NCBI RefSeq assembly: GCF_988242995.1
Contig: NZ_OZ547043.1
Strand: one strand, 5' to 3'
DNA: 64,000 nt
Below the pieces are notes generated by a model. The model searched no databases and was not told the origin of the DNA. It saw only the letters and a list, made by a program, of their open reading frames with translations. Both the position numbers and the translations under genes were made by a program. Positions 42,706 to 52,322 of the stretch are shown here, piece by piece. The stretch's first letter is position 1; every line of letters starts with the position of its first letter.

Positions 42706-45357
42706 TTAGCGACAGATTGCTGTCTGCTGGTTCAGTAAGGTACCAGGAGAAACTTCAGGAAGCTTGTACTCGACAATACAGTTTGAGTTTTTATCTTTGC
42801 CCCATGAAACCTGTAATTTCCCTGACTGTGGAAGTCCAGTCAGATAAACCTGACCGTTTTCCGCGACAATGCTGCCATTTTTATTCTCACCATGTATGAC
42901 AATTGCACCGAATGGAACGCTCTTATTACCGTACTTCAACGTCATTAATACTTTCCCGCCGATTTGTGCATTAAATGTTGCTCTGGCAATAGCACCGTGA
43001 GTTGGGATGACAGTGACAACGGTTTCATCCAGTTCAACATTATCTGCAAGGGAATTCGCGTTAAGAGCGACACGATTTTCTCTATATTCTGTCGCAAATG
43101 GTAATATGGCATAGCCACGCCAGTCGGTATGAATTCCGGTCTGGTTCTCTATTTTGACATTATCAGCGCCAGGAGCCTTAACCAGAACCATTGTGTCGCC
43201 CAGCGGCTGACCAAAGGTGATGCCATCAGCATGAGCAATAATCCCACCACTCATTCCGTAATAAATCTGGCTGCTGTCACCACTCCGACTGTAACCGACA
43301 TTAGTATTACCGTAAGCTCCACGATAATTAAGAGAACTGTAACCACTGGTGGCAGACGATGTATTACCCCCGTGGGTGTTACCGACCTGAACGCTATAAT
43401 TCAGGTTATTATCCGGCAGCAGAGTGCCATAAACCCCCGATAGATTGGTCATACCGCCTTTCAAATCGTTTGACATACTGTAACTGGCGTTTGAATTACG
43501 AAATGCCGACTGACTGTCTGTACGCATCCAATGACTGAAGGGAACATTAAGCGTAAAAGCAAGTAAATGATCCCGATCGTTTTGCCATATATTATTGGAA
43601 TAGCTGTAATTCAGCGAAGTCGTAATATCACCAAACGGCACATTTAATCCAAATGATATTTGCTGGTCGCTGCGTGACGTGTTCCAGTAACTTTGGCGAC
43701 TGGCACTGAAAAATGTCGTACCGTAATTTCCAAGCTGCTGAGAGATGCTTATTTGTTCCTGACCACGCTTACTGTAGAACAGATTAAAATAATCAATAAA
43801 TTGTGTCTGCTCATTGCTGTCTCCGGTAGGAGGCTTGACGGTGTAACCACTCATTCGACTGTAGGCACTGTCGGATAAGTTATAAAAACCTTGCGTAGAA
43901 TAGCGATATCCTGCGACCTGGATATTGGTTCCCGTCTGGTAGAAGGATTTGCTGTAGACGGATTTAATCGATTGCCCGCTGTGACGGGTGCCATCTGCAA
44001 GTGTCGTATTGGCCTGCGTGATATCGAAAGAAAAGGCACCAAAAAGTCCTAAATCTTTACCAATACCAAGGTTGAAGGCTTGATAATCTTCTGCAATTTG
44101 CATTCCGCCATAAGGTGTCCAGTTTCCTTCCAGTCCATGCATCAAGCTACCTTGTATGAACTTGGGGGAGCTTTGCAGGTTATTTCCACTACGATATTCC
44201 CCCATGGCAAGCGCATAACGCGTATATCCAGCACGTTGGAGAACCGGAACAGACGAATAAGGAACATATAATGTCTGAATACTGCCGTCTGCCTCTTTTA
44301 TGGTTACTTGCAGATCACCACCATTGGCCGCAGAGTTGATATCATCAATAGTAAAAGGGCCGGGTGGGACAGTAGTCTGATAAACATCGTATCCATTCTG
44401 TTTTACACTCACTTGTGCGGTGCCGCGGGCAATACCATGAATCACCGGAGCGAAACCATGTTGGCTATCGGGCAACATCGCTTCTGTTGAATTTATTTTG
44501 AGGCCACGAAAGTTCACACTATCAAAAATATCGCCATCGGTATAACTATCACCTACCGTTAAGCGTGAGCGTAAGGGAATAATGTCACGTTCAGCCGACG
44601 TATTGATGTGCTGCCATTTATTGCTGTCAGATGAATTGCTACTCCCACTGTTATAACTCCACGTTGAGTTATCGCGCAGTCGCCAACTACCAATGTTGAT
44701 GCCACTCTGTAAATTCAAATATGCATAGTTGGATTTTCCTGCATTATGGTTACTACGATTATTAATAGAATTACCATTAAAACTATAGTTTAGAAGCCCA
44801 GCATTTATTCCTTCTTCCCACAGATCAGGAGAAACATAGCCGCGAGCCATTCTGCCAACATAAATTTGCGGAACGGAGAGTGACAAATGTTGCTGACCAA
44901 CATCAAACTCAGTTGATGCGTCGGCCAAACGATCCTGAAGTGGTGTGCATGCGCTGTTGTCCGGCACATGTTTTTCTGCCAAATGTTCTTTATTGTCTAA
45001 TAACGCTGATTTTTTTATGCCAAGACTGACAAGAAGATCTGTACTCAGGCATGGGATGAGATCTGCGTTATTATCATCTGCAATAAAAGTAATATCCCGA
45101 CTAGTCATAAATTCGTCGTTCAAATAAATGTCGACCCGATATGTACCAGGTGGTGCCTCGCGTCCCTTAGTAAAGGCGGATAAATCGACAGATTCAGCAA
45201 GATCATTGCTTAAAAACCGTGGATTAAAATAATACTCTGCGTCAACGGGAAATACCGCAGTTGCTAAGCCAAGGGCAATGGTAAGCCGTGCAAAGCGAGG
45301 CAGTAGTAACACCTGATGCATACGATATGCCTTAAATGCGGCACGAAAGGCTGTCAT
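42706..45357 (-). CDS. ydeT: Fimbrial outer-membrane usher, full length (FimD/PapC family)
   Basis: 883-aa uninterrupted ORF; as I recall ydeT is a truncated pseudogene in K-12, so here the usher appears intact. Confidence 0.8.
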   Translation of the reverse strand: MTAFRAAFKAYRMHQVLLLPRFARLTIALGLATAVFPVDAEYYFNPRFLSNDLAESVDLSAFTKGREAPPGTYRVDIYLNDEFMTSRDITFIADDNNADLIPCLSTDLLVSLGIKKSALLDNKEHLAEKHVPDNSACTPLQDRLADASTEFDVGQQHLSLSVPQIYVGRMARGYVSPDLWEEGINAGLLNYSFNGNSINNRSNHNAGKSNYAYLNLQSGINIGSWRLRDNSTWSYNSGSSNSSDSNKWQHINTSAERDIIPLRSRLTVGDSYTDGDIFDSVNFRGLKINSTEAMLPDSQHGFAPVIHGIARGTAQVSVKQNGYDVYQTTVPPGPFTIDDINSAANGGDLQVTIKEADGSIQTLYVPYSSVPVLQRAGYTRYALAMGEYRSGNNLQSSPKFIQGSLMHGLEGNWTPYGGMQIAEDYQAFNLGIGKDLGLFGAFSFDITQANTTLADGTRHSGQSIKSVYSKSFYQTGTNIQVAGYRYSTQGFYNLSDSAYSRMSGYTVKPPTGDSNEQTQFIDYFNLFYSKRGQEQISISQQLGNYGTTFFSASRQSYWNTSRSDQQISFGLNVPFGDITTSLNYSYSNNIWQNDRDHLLAFTLNVPFSHWMRTDSQSAFRNSNASYSMSNDLKGGMTNLSGVYGTLLPDNNLNYSVQVGNTHGGNTSSATSGYSSLNYRGAYGNTNVGYSRSGDSSQIYYGMSGGIIAHADGITFGQPLGDTMVLVKAPGADNVKIENQTGIHTDWRGYAILPFATEYRENRVALNANSLADNVELDETVVTVIPTHGAIARATFNAQIGGKVLMTLKYGNKSVPFGAIVIHGENKNGSIVAENGQVYLTGLPQSGKLQVSWGKDKNSNCIVEYKLPEVSPGTLLNQQTAICR

Positions 45358-45398
45358 TTTTAATTCCGATTGAGTTTATTATTAATTAGGTCACTGGC

Positions 45399-46118
45399 TT
45401 ATTGCATGGTTGCCTTAATACGCGGAGTTAATGCACCGTAATCATTGATCGTCTGAAAACTGATATCCCCGGTTGCAGCATGCGGGATATCCACCGATAC
45501 TTCACCTTTTGGCGGCACCATGGTGTTTGGGAGATTGCTATTTCCTGCTTTCATATTTGTTACGGTAATGAAGTAGGGCGTTGGATTAATAAGAGTGAGT
45601 TTGCTGCCGCTGCGACGAAACCGAAGCATTGCAGGCGCTTCTTCAGGTGCCATTGCCAGGTTCGTGGGGCGATAAAACATTTTTATGCGGCTAATAATTG
45701 CCAGCTGTAATGTATTCTCATTCTTCTGATCTTTTTCCATAGCAGGAATAGCTTTAACATTAACCCAGAACAGGCTTTCACGGTCGCCTGGTAACTGATG
45801 ATTAGTGGCGTTGATTATCCGCAGCGTATTCTCTTTTTTACCTTGCATGGAAAAAAGCGGTGGCGTAATGACAAACTGGGTGTCTTTTTGGTCACCCTCA
45901 TTTTCTATCCATGACTGAATGAGATAGACACTGGCAGGATCATTATTCGTGACAGGCAATAAAACCTGTTTCTGGTTTGCCGGATAAATTACCCGCGTCG
46001 CACCCAGTGCGACAGCTGCGTTGGCAACGGTGCTATGGCAAGCAAAGAGCAATAAAAGTAACACTGTCGCCATAAAGGAAATAGAGTAGGGGGTACGCCT
46101 AGTTTGCATCTGATGCAT
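45399..46118 (-). CDS. Periplasmic fimbrial chaperone (PapD/FimC family)
   Basis: 239 aa; signal peptide; chaperone-like N-terminal region and C-terminal domain. Confidence 0.8.
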   Translation of the reverse strand: MHQMQTRRTPYSISFMATVLLLLLFACHSTVANAAVALGATRVIYPANQKQVLLPVTNNDPASVYLIQSWIENEGDQKDTQFVITPPLFSMQGKKENTLRIINATNHQLPGDRESLFWVNVKAIPAMEKDQKNENTLQLAIISRIKMFYRPTNLAMAPEEAPAMLRFRRSGSKLTLINPTPYFITVTNMKAGNSNLPNTMVPPKGEVSVDIPHAATGDISFQTINDYGALTPRIKATMQ

Positions 46119-46471
46119 TCTCCATGTGTTAAGAGGATAAGCGGGGAAACCGTTACATCAGACAATCGGTAAATGTTGCTAATACATTGGCGACTCGCCG
46201 GGTTTCCAGACTTAATGCGTTTGTAATAAATGTTGGTTCTCTTTTAATAGGAAAACATTGCTACAAAGTAAATATTTTAAATAACAGTAAGTTTAACTAC
46301 TGTTGTTTATTGATCGTTTAGATATTATGTGATTTTTTCATGCCGCTCCAAAACACAAACTATTCCTCATTAATAATGAGATGAACATTGGTGAATTGCT
46401 CGGGTGTGCGTAGCCATGCCACACACACCCTGTTTCAATTTCAGATGACGTATAGCCACCTTAAGATTGAA

Positions 46472-47035
46472 TTATAGATATTGAACTTTGAAGGTCGCAT
46501 CAGCGTTTGCAGTACCAGCTACTGACTGCCCGAGAGCAATATAACGAGCCTGGAACGGCAGTATATTCGTGCCATCAATCAAGTCAGTTTTAGCGCTAAA
46601 AGTGGCACCATCAAGTATTAATACCTCACCCGTACGGTCCAAAATTTGAATACCGACATTTTGGGCAGAGCCTGCCGCTGAACTCTGCAGCGCTAACGTA
46701 TCGTCATTACTGGTGACAGTAGTACCCAGGAATGCAACAGCTGCATTACTGGAAACATTGGTATCACAATCATTCAGCTTGATATTGAAGCCAACGGCGG
46801 AGCTGAGGTCACCCGCTTTAGCCAGACGAGAAGAACGGACCTGACCCAGCTCAACCGTTTGGTTCATTGATTCTGAATCAATCGCACAAGCGGCATTTAC
46901 CACTTCACCTTTAAAATGAATAACACCGCCATTAACAGTGGTCGTTACTGATTCATCACCCTCGGCTGCGCTTACCGCAGCAGACGACATCGCCAACACA
47001 GAAACGACAATCATACCGACATGTTTGAGTTTCAT
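46472..47035 (-). CDS. Major fimbrial subunit (type 1 / F9-like pilin)
   Basis: Track ORF 46472-47083 with internal start [23 protein letters not shown]; Cys pair and C-terminal ...TFKVQYL typical of FimA-like pilins. Confidence 0.8.
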   Translation of the reverse strand: MKLKHVGMIVVSVLAMSSAAVSAAEGDESVTTTVNGGVIHFKGEVVNAACAIDSESMNQTVELGQVRSSRLAKAGDLSSAVGFNIKLNDCDTNVSSNAAVAFLGTTVTSNDDTLALQSSAAGSAQNVGIQILDRTGEVLILDGATFSAKTDLIDGTNILPFQARYIALGQSVAGTANADATFKVQYL

Positions 47036-47468
47036 AATTCTCCAGAATTTATATTTAAGTAGCTGAATAAAGAAAGTTAACAATTAAGTCATTCTGTTAT
47101 TGCTTATAAAACAAGAATCATTCTTGATGGGATATTGCCCTGAGAATATAGTTTCCAGGGTTATTACATTTCACGAAGAACGATAATATCTTTAAATTAC
47201 AAGGACACCTAATCACAACAAGTTTATTGCAGCACTTGTTGTAGAGGGTATTTGCAAAGACATTTTATGTCGCTAAATAACATTACGATTTCATTATGCA
47301 TGTTATTTATAAACAGCGACTAAACAGAATATTATTGCGAACAAGGGAAGTGTCAGGAAAGGTCAAGAGCGGCCAATGGTTTATATGGCTATAAAACATT
47401 AGCTATGGTTAATGTTTGACTGGTGTAACTAACACGGAATTGCTCTAAACAGATAAGTGCAGGGTTTA

Positions 47469-47723
47469 TTAAAGCTGACCGACAGACTTTCTTAACCCGG
47501 TAATATCTCTCTTAGGTGACTCTCCAAACATCCGCGAATATTCCCGACTGAAATGGGATAAGCTTTCGTAACCGACAGCATAGGCTGCAGTGGTGACATC
47601 GTAATGTTCATTCAGCATCAGTCGCCTGGCTTCATTGAGGCGTAGCCATTTCTGATACCGGAGTGGACTCATTCCCGCAAGCTGTCTGAAGTGTTGATGG
47701 AAAGTGGGGGTGTTCATTTGCAC
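47469..47723 (-). pseudogene. yneL: Remnant of an AraC-family regulator (C-terminal HTH only)
   Basis: 84-aa ORF is only the AraC C-terminal HTH domain (LRYQKWLRLNEARRLM...GYESLSHFSREYSRMFGESP); no N-terminal domain ORF upstream. Confidence 0.65.
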
Positions 47724-48003
47724 GCGGTTTGCCAGCCTGACTCTTCAACGCAGGGAAGATGCGGCAAACGGCAAACCTGCATACCAGCCAGCCTATATCC
47801 GGTATGCACAGGCCAATCATGAAAGAGGAGAGGCTTTATGTTCTGGAACCCTGAAGTAATAACGACGACTGGAAAATCGCTTCGCATCACTCAAATTCCA
47901 TTTAACTATTCTGGGTTTGAGGGATATACATAATTGACTTCAGCACCAGAAACAGCATAACAAACTGTTTTAAATGGATATTAATCAAATGGCGATTCAA
48001 ACT

Positions 48004-48038
48004 CACAGTTATGAACTCAGTTTTGGTTCATAACTGTG
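48004..48038. repeat. Perfect 13-bp inverted repeat with 9-bp spacer
   Basis: cacagttatgaac-tcagttttg-gttcataactgtg; a related palindromic 10-mer gttcatgaac lies about 40 nt further on. Confidence 0.8.
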
Positions 48039-48137
48039 TTAAACGCTGTCCATAAATCACTCGATGTTACGCTTATTGGTTCATGAACTGTTCGTTCTAA
48101 TGTTGTGATGTGCGTCAGGTTTTAGTGTTCGGTAATG

Positions 48138-48941
48138 TTACCTTTTACTCGATGATCGATTGTTTAGCACCTCTCCCACAACCGGAGCAGCGGTAAATGC
48201 GTTTGGCCAGCCAGCATAGAAGGCGGCCTGGGTAACGATCTCACCAGCTTCCTCAACAGAAAGTCCATTATCCATTGCTCTGTTAAGGTGATAGCCAATC
48301 TGCGCGCTCTGTCCGGATGCGATTAAGGCGCTGACCGTAATCAGGCTTCTGTCGCGGGGTTTCAGCGCGGGTCTTTGCCAGAGATCCAGGAAGAGTGGAT
48401 CAGCAGTGAATTTAACCAGGCCTGGAGATATTGGGCCAACATTTTTTTCCACTGTTTCTGAACGCTGCTTTTCTGCTTCCTGATTGAGAGGAAGCAGGTC
48501 CGGAGAAGCGTCAGGAAGTGCATCTGCCGTGACGCCACGAGTTTCAAATACTGCTTTGGTCACGCTGACGGCTGACATTGCATTTGGCCAACCTGAGTAG
48601 AACGCCAGATGGGTAATGATTTCTGATAATTCCGCTGGCGTCACGCCGCTATCGAGAGCGACGTCAATATAGTGCTTAAGCTGGGCAGGCTGGTTGCGGG
48701 CAATCAGCATGGCGACGGTCACCACACTACGATCCCTCGGTGAGAGGGCGTCGCGTGTCCACAGATCTTCAGTAATAGCTTCGCGACCAAAGCGCGCGAG
48801 AGCCGGTGAGACGGAACGAATATCAGCTTCCGAAATCGCTGACGGTTCTATTTTCATCATAGCTTTACCTCTTGTTTCCTCAGCATTGGCAAAATCAGAA
48901 ATAACAAGCGACATAGCCGCTGCTGCAAGTACGCTTTTCAT
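48138..48941 (-). CDS. Tandem carboxymuconolactone decarboxylase-like (AhpD-like) protein with predicted signal peptide
   Basis: 267 aa; two repeated modules each with a ...ITHLAFYSGWPNA... type segment (CMD/AhpD fold); N-terminus MKSVLAAAAMSLVISDFANA looks like a Sec signal. Confidence 0.7.
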   Translation of the reverse strand: MKSVLAAAAMSLVISDFANAEETRGKAMMKIEPSAISEADIRSVSPALARFGREAITEDLWTRDALSPRDRSVVTVAMLIARNQPAQLKHYIDVALDSGVTPAELSEIITHLAFYSGWPNAMSAVSVTKAVFETRGVTADALPDASPDLLPLNQEAEKQRSETVEKNVGPISPGLVKFTADPLFLDLWQRPALKPRDRSLITVSALIASGQSAQIGYHLNRAMDNGLSVEEAGEIVTQAAFYAGWPNAFTAAPVVGEVLNNRSSSKR

Positions 48942-48956
48942 GTTAATCCTTACTGG

Positions 48957-49682
48957 TCAACGTTGCTGCTCCTGTTTGATTCCGCCTTTGTTACGAAGAA
49001 ATACCGGTTTTACCGGGATTGCGTCCTTCCTGGCGCTCATATGCGCCGTTTGCCTGAGGTAATCCAGGAAGTGCGGCGTTTGTCGGTGCAGTTGATAATC
49101 CTCCTCACTGGCGTAAATCTCATAGAAATACCAGCGTTTTGGAGTCTCTGAATCTGTACCGGCATACATGGCTAACACGCCTTTCTCTACTTTGAGCGAC
49201 TCGACCATTTCAGGAAGGACGATGTTTCTAAATTCGCTCTGAAATTCAGGCTTTACTTCGACGATCACCAGATTATTGATAGTTCGTTCATTCGGTATGA
49301 TGTGTTTGTCGCCCAGAAACTGTGGCTCCAGGGTAATTTTCTTCTTCCTGTCAATAATGTCAGGTGCACGAGCAGCGAATGCTTTGTATGGGGCGGCATT
49401 GAGATGTTTGCGATAAGCACGCTCATTTTCATAGAGTTCGAACATGAATGCCTTATGTGGATTGTCGCTGTGGTGCAGGGCGTACATCGCCAGCGTACCT
49501 ACTTCATGATCAACCGAAGCGGAAATCGTCTGTCTGGCTACGTCTGCAAAGTCGTTGTCCCGATCGGGTCTGATGCCGAGCTCGAAGATATTCATCTCCG
49601 GCTTATTCGGCGCGTCCGGTTTTGTTGCAAAGACAGGGCTGCTTATTAGCATGCAAATTAAAAGCATAAAAGTCTTTTTCAC
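48957..49682 (-). CDS. Tandem ABM-type (antibiotic biosynthesis monooxygenase-like) protein with predicted signal peptide
   Basis: 241 aa; two halves each with LAMYA...FYEIY / FELYENE... features of the ferredoxin-like ABM fold; N-terminus MKKTFMLLICMLISSPVFA. Confidence 0.6.
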   Translation of the reverse strand: MKKTFMLLICMLISSPVFATKPDAPNKPEMNIFELGIRPDRDNDFADVARQTISASVDHEVGTLAMYALHHSDNPHKAFMFELYENERAYRKHLNAAPYKAFAARAPDIIDRKKKITLEPQFLGDKHIIPNERTINNLVIVEVKPEFQSEFRNIVLPEMVESLKVEKGVLAMYAGTDSETPKRWYFYEIYASEEDYQLHRQTPHFLDYLRQTAHMSARKDAIPVKPVFLRNKGGIKQEQQR

Positions 49683-49797
49683 GATGATCTTTTTACTGAC
49701 ATTACTGTTTAAGACGTTCGATCAACTGGTGCTGGTAGGAACGTAACCGACCGCTACTGGCGCTCTCAAAGACTAGAGGAGGAAAAGTGAATAAGGG

Positions 49798-50817
49798 CTA
49801 TCGCGTCCATACCTGCTTAACATCTTTCGTTTGCGGCGTATTTTGCGCCATGATCCCCGTCAGAACATGCGGCTGGTAGGTTTCTTCCAGAAACTGAATT
49901 TCCTCCGGACTTAGTTGAAGATTTACTGCGTTTACCGCGCCATCGACATGAGCTTTTTTTGTAGCCCCTACGACAGGTGATGTGACTTTTGTCAGCAGCC
50001 AAGCGAGAGATATTTCCGTCATTGACACCAGATGGCGTTCGGCCAGTTCGGCTACACGCTCAATAATGCTGCGATCCTGTTCAGCCGTGCTGTCATATTT
50101 TCCACGCGCATAGTCATCCTCTGTGGCTCGCCGCGTATAGCCTTCTTTACGAGAGAGGCGGCCGCTGGCCAGCGCGCTATAGGGGGTCATTGCGATATTA
50201 TCCTCAGTGCACAGGCCGAAGAGCTCCCGTTCATCTTCGCGCATAATTAGATTGTAGTGGCTCTGTACGGAAACAAAGGGCGTCAGCCCTTCGCGTTCAG
50301 CAAGGGCGTTCGCCTTCGCCAGCTGCCAGGCATAGCAGTTTGAAATACCAACAGCTCGTACTTTGCCAGCAGTAACAGCGGTATGTAACGCTTCAAGCAC
50401 GTCGATAATGGGCGTGTTGTAATCCCAGATGTGGTAGATGTAGAGGTCGATATAGTCCATCCCCAGATTCTTCAGGCTCTGGTCAAGGGATTGAGCGATT
50501 GCCTCTTTTCCGCTGATCCCTCCGGCAATTTGTGCGGGGGTTCGCGGCAGAAACTTGGTGGCCAGGACGATATCATCGCGTTTCGCCATCTCCCGTAATG
50601 CCCGGCCAACGTATCGCTCACTGGAGCCATTCTGGTAGGCTATAGCGGTATCGTAAAAGTTGATGCCCTTTTCAAGGCCATAGCGAATGATGTCGCGGCT
50701 TGCTGTTTCGTCCAGCGTCCAGCTATGCTGACCCGTCGACGGATCGCCAAACCCCATGCATCCCATGCAGATGCGGGAAACAAGTAAGTCACTTTTACCG
50801 AGCCGGGTATACTGCAT
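49798..50817 (-). CDS. Aldo/keto reductase
   Basis: 339 aa; AKR motifs (GINFYDTAIAY, catalytic Tyr/Lys context). Confidence 0.8.
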   Translation of the reverse strand: MQYTRLGKSDLLVSRICMGCMGFGDPSTGQHSWTLDETASRDIIRYGLEKGINFYDTAIAYQNGSSERYVGRALREMAKRDDIVLATKFLPRTPAQIAGGISGKEAIAQSLDQSLKNLGMDYIDLYIYHIWDYNTPIIDVLEALHTAVTAGKVRAVGISNCYAWQLAKANALAEREGLTPFVSVQSHYNLIMREDERELFGLCTEDNIAMTPYSALASGRLSRKEGYTRRATEDDYARGKYDSTAEQDRSIIERVAELAERHLVSMTEISLAWLLTKVTSPVVGATKKAHVDGAVNAVNLQLSPEEIQFLEETYQPHVLTGIMAQNTPQTKDVKQVWTR

Positions 50818-50819
50818 TG

Positions 50820-51392
50820 TTATTCTCCCTCTGGATTATTCACGACGGAATTGAGCAGTTCGACAAGCCTTGAAGCGTGTTCCCGGGCAAGCGTTTTTTG
50901 CTGCGCGATTTTGTCGGCATCCCGGTCGGCATAGCTGATACCGCAGGTATAAACCGGCGCCAGCAGCTCAAGATTGCACAGCCTTGCCGTGGTTTCGAAC
51001 GGAATAAGATACTCTTCAATGGTATTGCCAAAGAAACTGTCGACGGTATAGAGCTCCTCTGGCGCTCCCGTTGTAAAGGAGAGGATCAGCTTTTTACCGC
51101 CCAGTTTCGCCGTTGAGCCATGCGCGAAGCCGTGAACAAAGACCTCGTCCAGCCATTTTTTCATTAATCCTGGCAGCCCATACCAGGAAAAAGGGAACTG
51201 CCAGACAATCACATCGGCCCTGAGCAGGCTTTTCTGCTCCGCCGCGATGTTGAATTTGCCATCCGGATAGAGCCTGTCCAGACGACGAATCTCAACATCG
51301 GGAAGGGCGGTCTCCACTTCATCAAGAATAGTGGCATTGGCGACGGAATGGGTAAGCTCAGGATGACCTGAAATAACAAGGATATTTTTCAT
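50820..51392 (-). CDS. Flavodoxin-like NAD(P)H:quinone oxidoreductase family protein
   Basis: 190 aa; MKNILVISGHPE... N-terminus and WQFPFSWYGLPGLMKKWLDEV typical of NAD(P)H dehydrogenase (quinone) family; 3-nt gap to the downstream AKR gene. Confidence 0.75.
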   Translation of the reverse strand: MKNILVISGHPELTHSVANATILDEVETALPDVEIRRLDRLYPDGKFNIAAEQKSLLRADVIVWQFPFSWYGLPGLMKKWLDEVFVHGFAHGSTAKLGGKKLILSFTTGAPEELYTVDSFFGNTIEEYLIPFETTARLCNLELLAPVYTCGISYADRDADKIAQQKTLAREHASRLVELLNSVVNNPEGE

Positions 51393-51542
51393 TTCAATCA
51401 GTTAAACATCTTTGGTGAATATTAAATCCAGTATAGAGTGACAACATTATTTTTTTAGAGCAGTAAAGGCTCATTCACTTTTAGGCAAAAACTAATAATT
51501 GTCGGCTGATCACAATGTGCTCAGTCATCATGAAACGGTGAA

Positions 51543-52220
51543 CTAAACCGTGATGCCCAGTAAACGTTCTGCATTGCGAAACGCGATGGCCTCTTTTTCA
51601 GCCTTGTTGACGGGCAGACTGTCTATAAAGGTTTTTACACCGTCCAGGGGTCTGATAGGGATAACCGACGGAGAACAGGATCCTTTCAGCACCCATTAAC
51701 GCGTAGATAAACTGGAAGTGCGGCAGTGTTAGCATATGACGGGGTAACGTAAACGTGTTCCTGGAAGGTTCTCGTTAGCGTGCGTGACAGACCCGTTGCA
51801 GCCAGTGCTAGGCTGTCATCAAGACGCTGGAGCCAGAAGGGTAACATCTCCCCCCAGTGGCCACTGATTACCTGCAGGTTGGGATATTTATCAAATGCGC
51901 CCGATAACATCAGCCGCAACAAATGGATCCCCGCTTCGTGATGCCAGCCCCAGGCAAACATAGAAAGCCTGGCGTTGACCTCTGCGCTGAAGCCCGTGAA
52001 GTAGGCCTGCTGTACGCTTTTAAGCGGTAACCCGGGATGAAGATAGAGTGGCACATTCAGTTTATTAAAGCGGGAAAGCAGGGAGTCGGTCAGGATTATG
52101 ACCATCAGCGACGGTTTTCCCCCTGTCGCCAAGGAAAGGTGCCTGCTCAAGCGCAACAGGCATACACGCGCGCCCTAACTCGCTGTCGAGATAATTTTCT
52201 TCGAGGCAAATGATTTTCAT
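51543..52220 (-). pseudogene. Frameshifted amidohydrolase-2 (TIM-barrel metal-dependent hydrolase) gene
   Basis: Coding potential is split over three frames: MKIICLEENYLDSELG... (from ATG at 52220), a 156-aa middle ORF (51686-52156) containing ISGHWGEMLPFW, and a C-terminal piece ...AEKEAIAFRNAERLLGITV* ending at 51543. Confidence 0.55.
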
Positions 52221-52322
52221 ATTCTCACCATTCATACAAAGCAGTAAAAGTGATACAGATTAGAATCACCCGGAACAGCCCGTTCGTGTGTGTCATTCAT
52301 GACAGTCTGTTCCGGACGGGCT

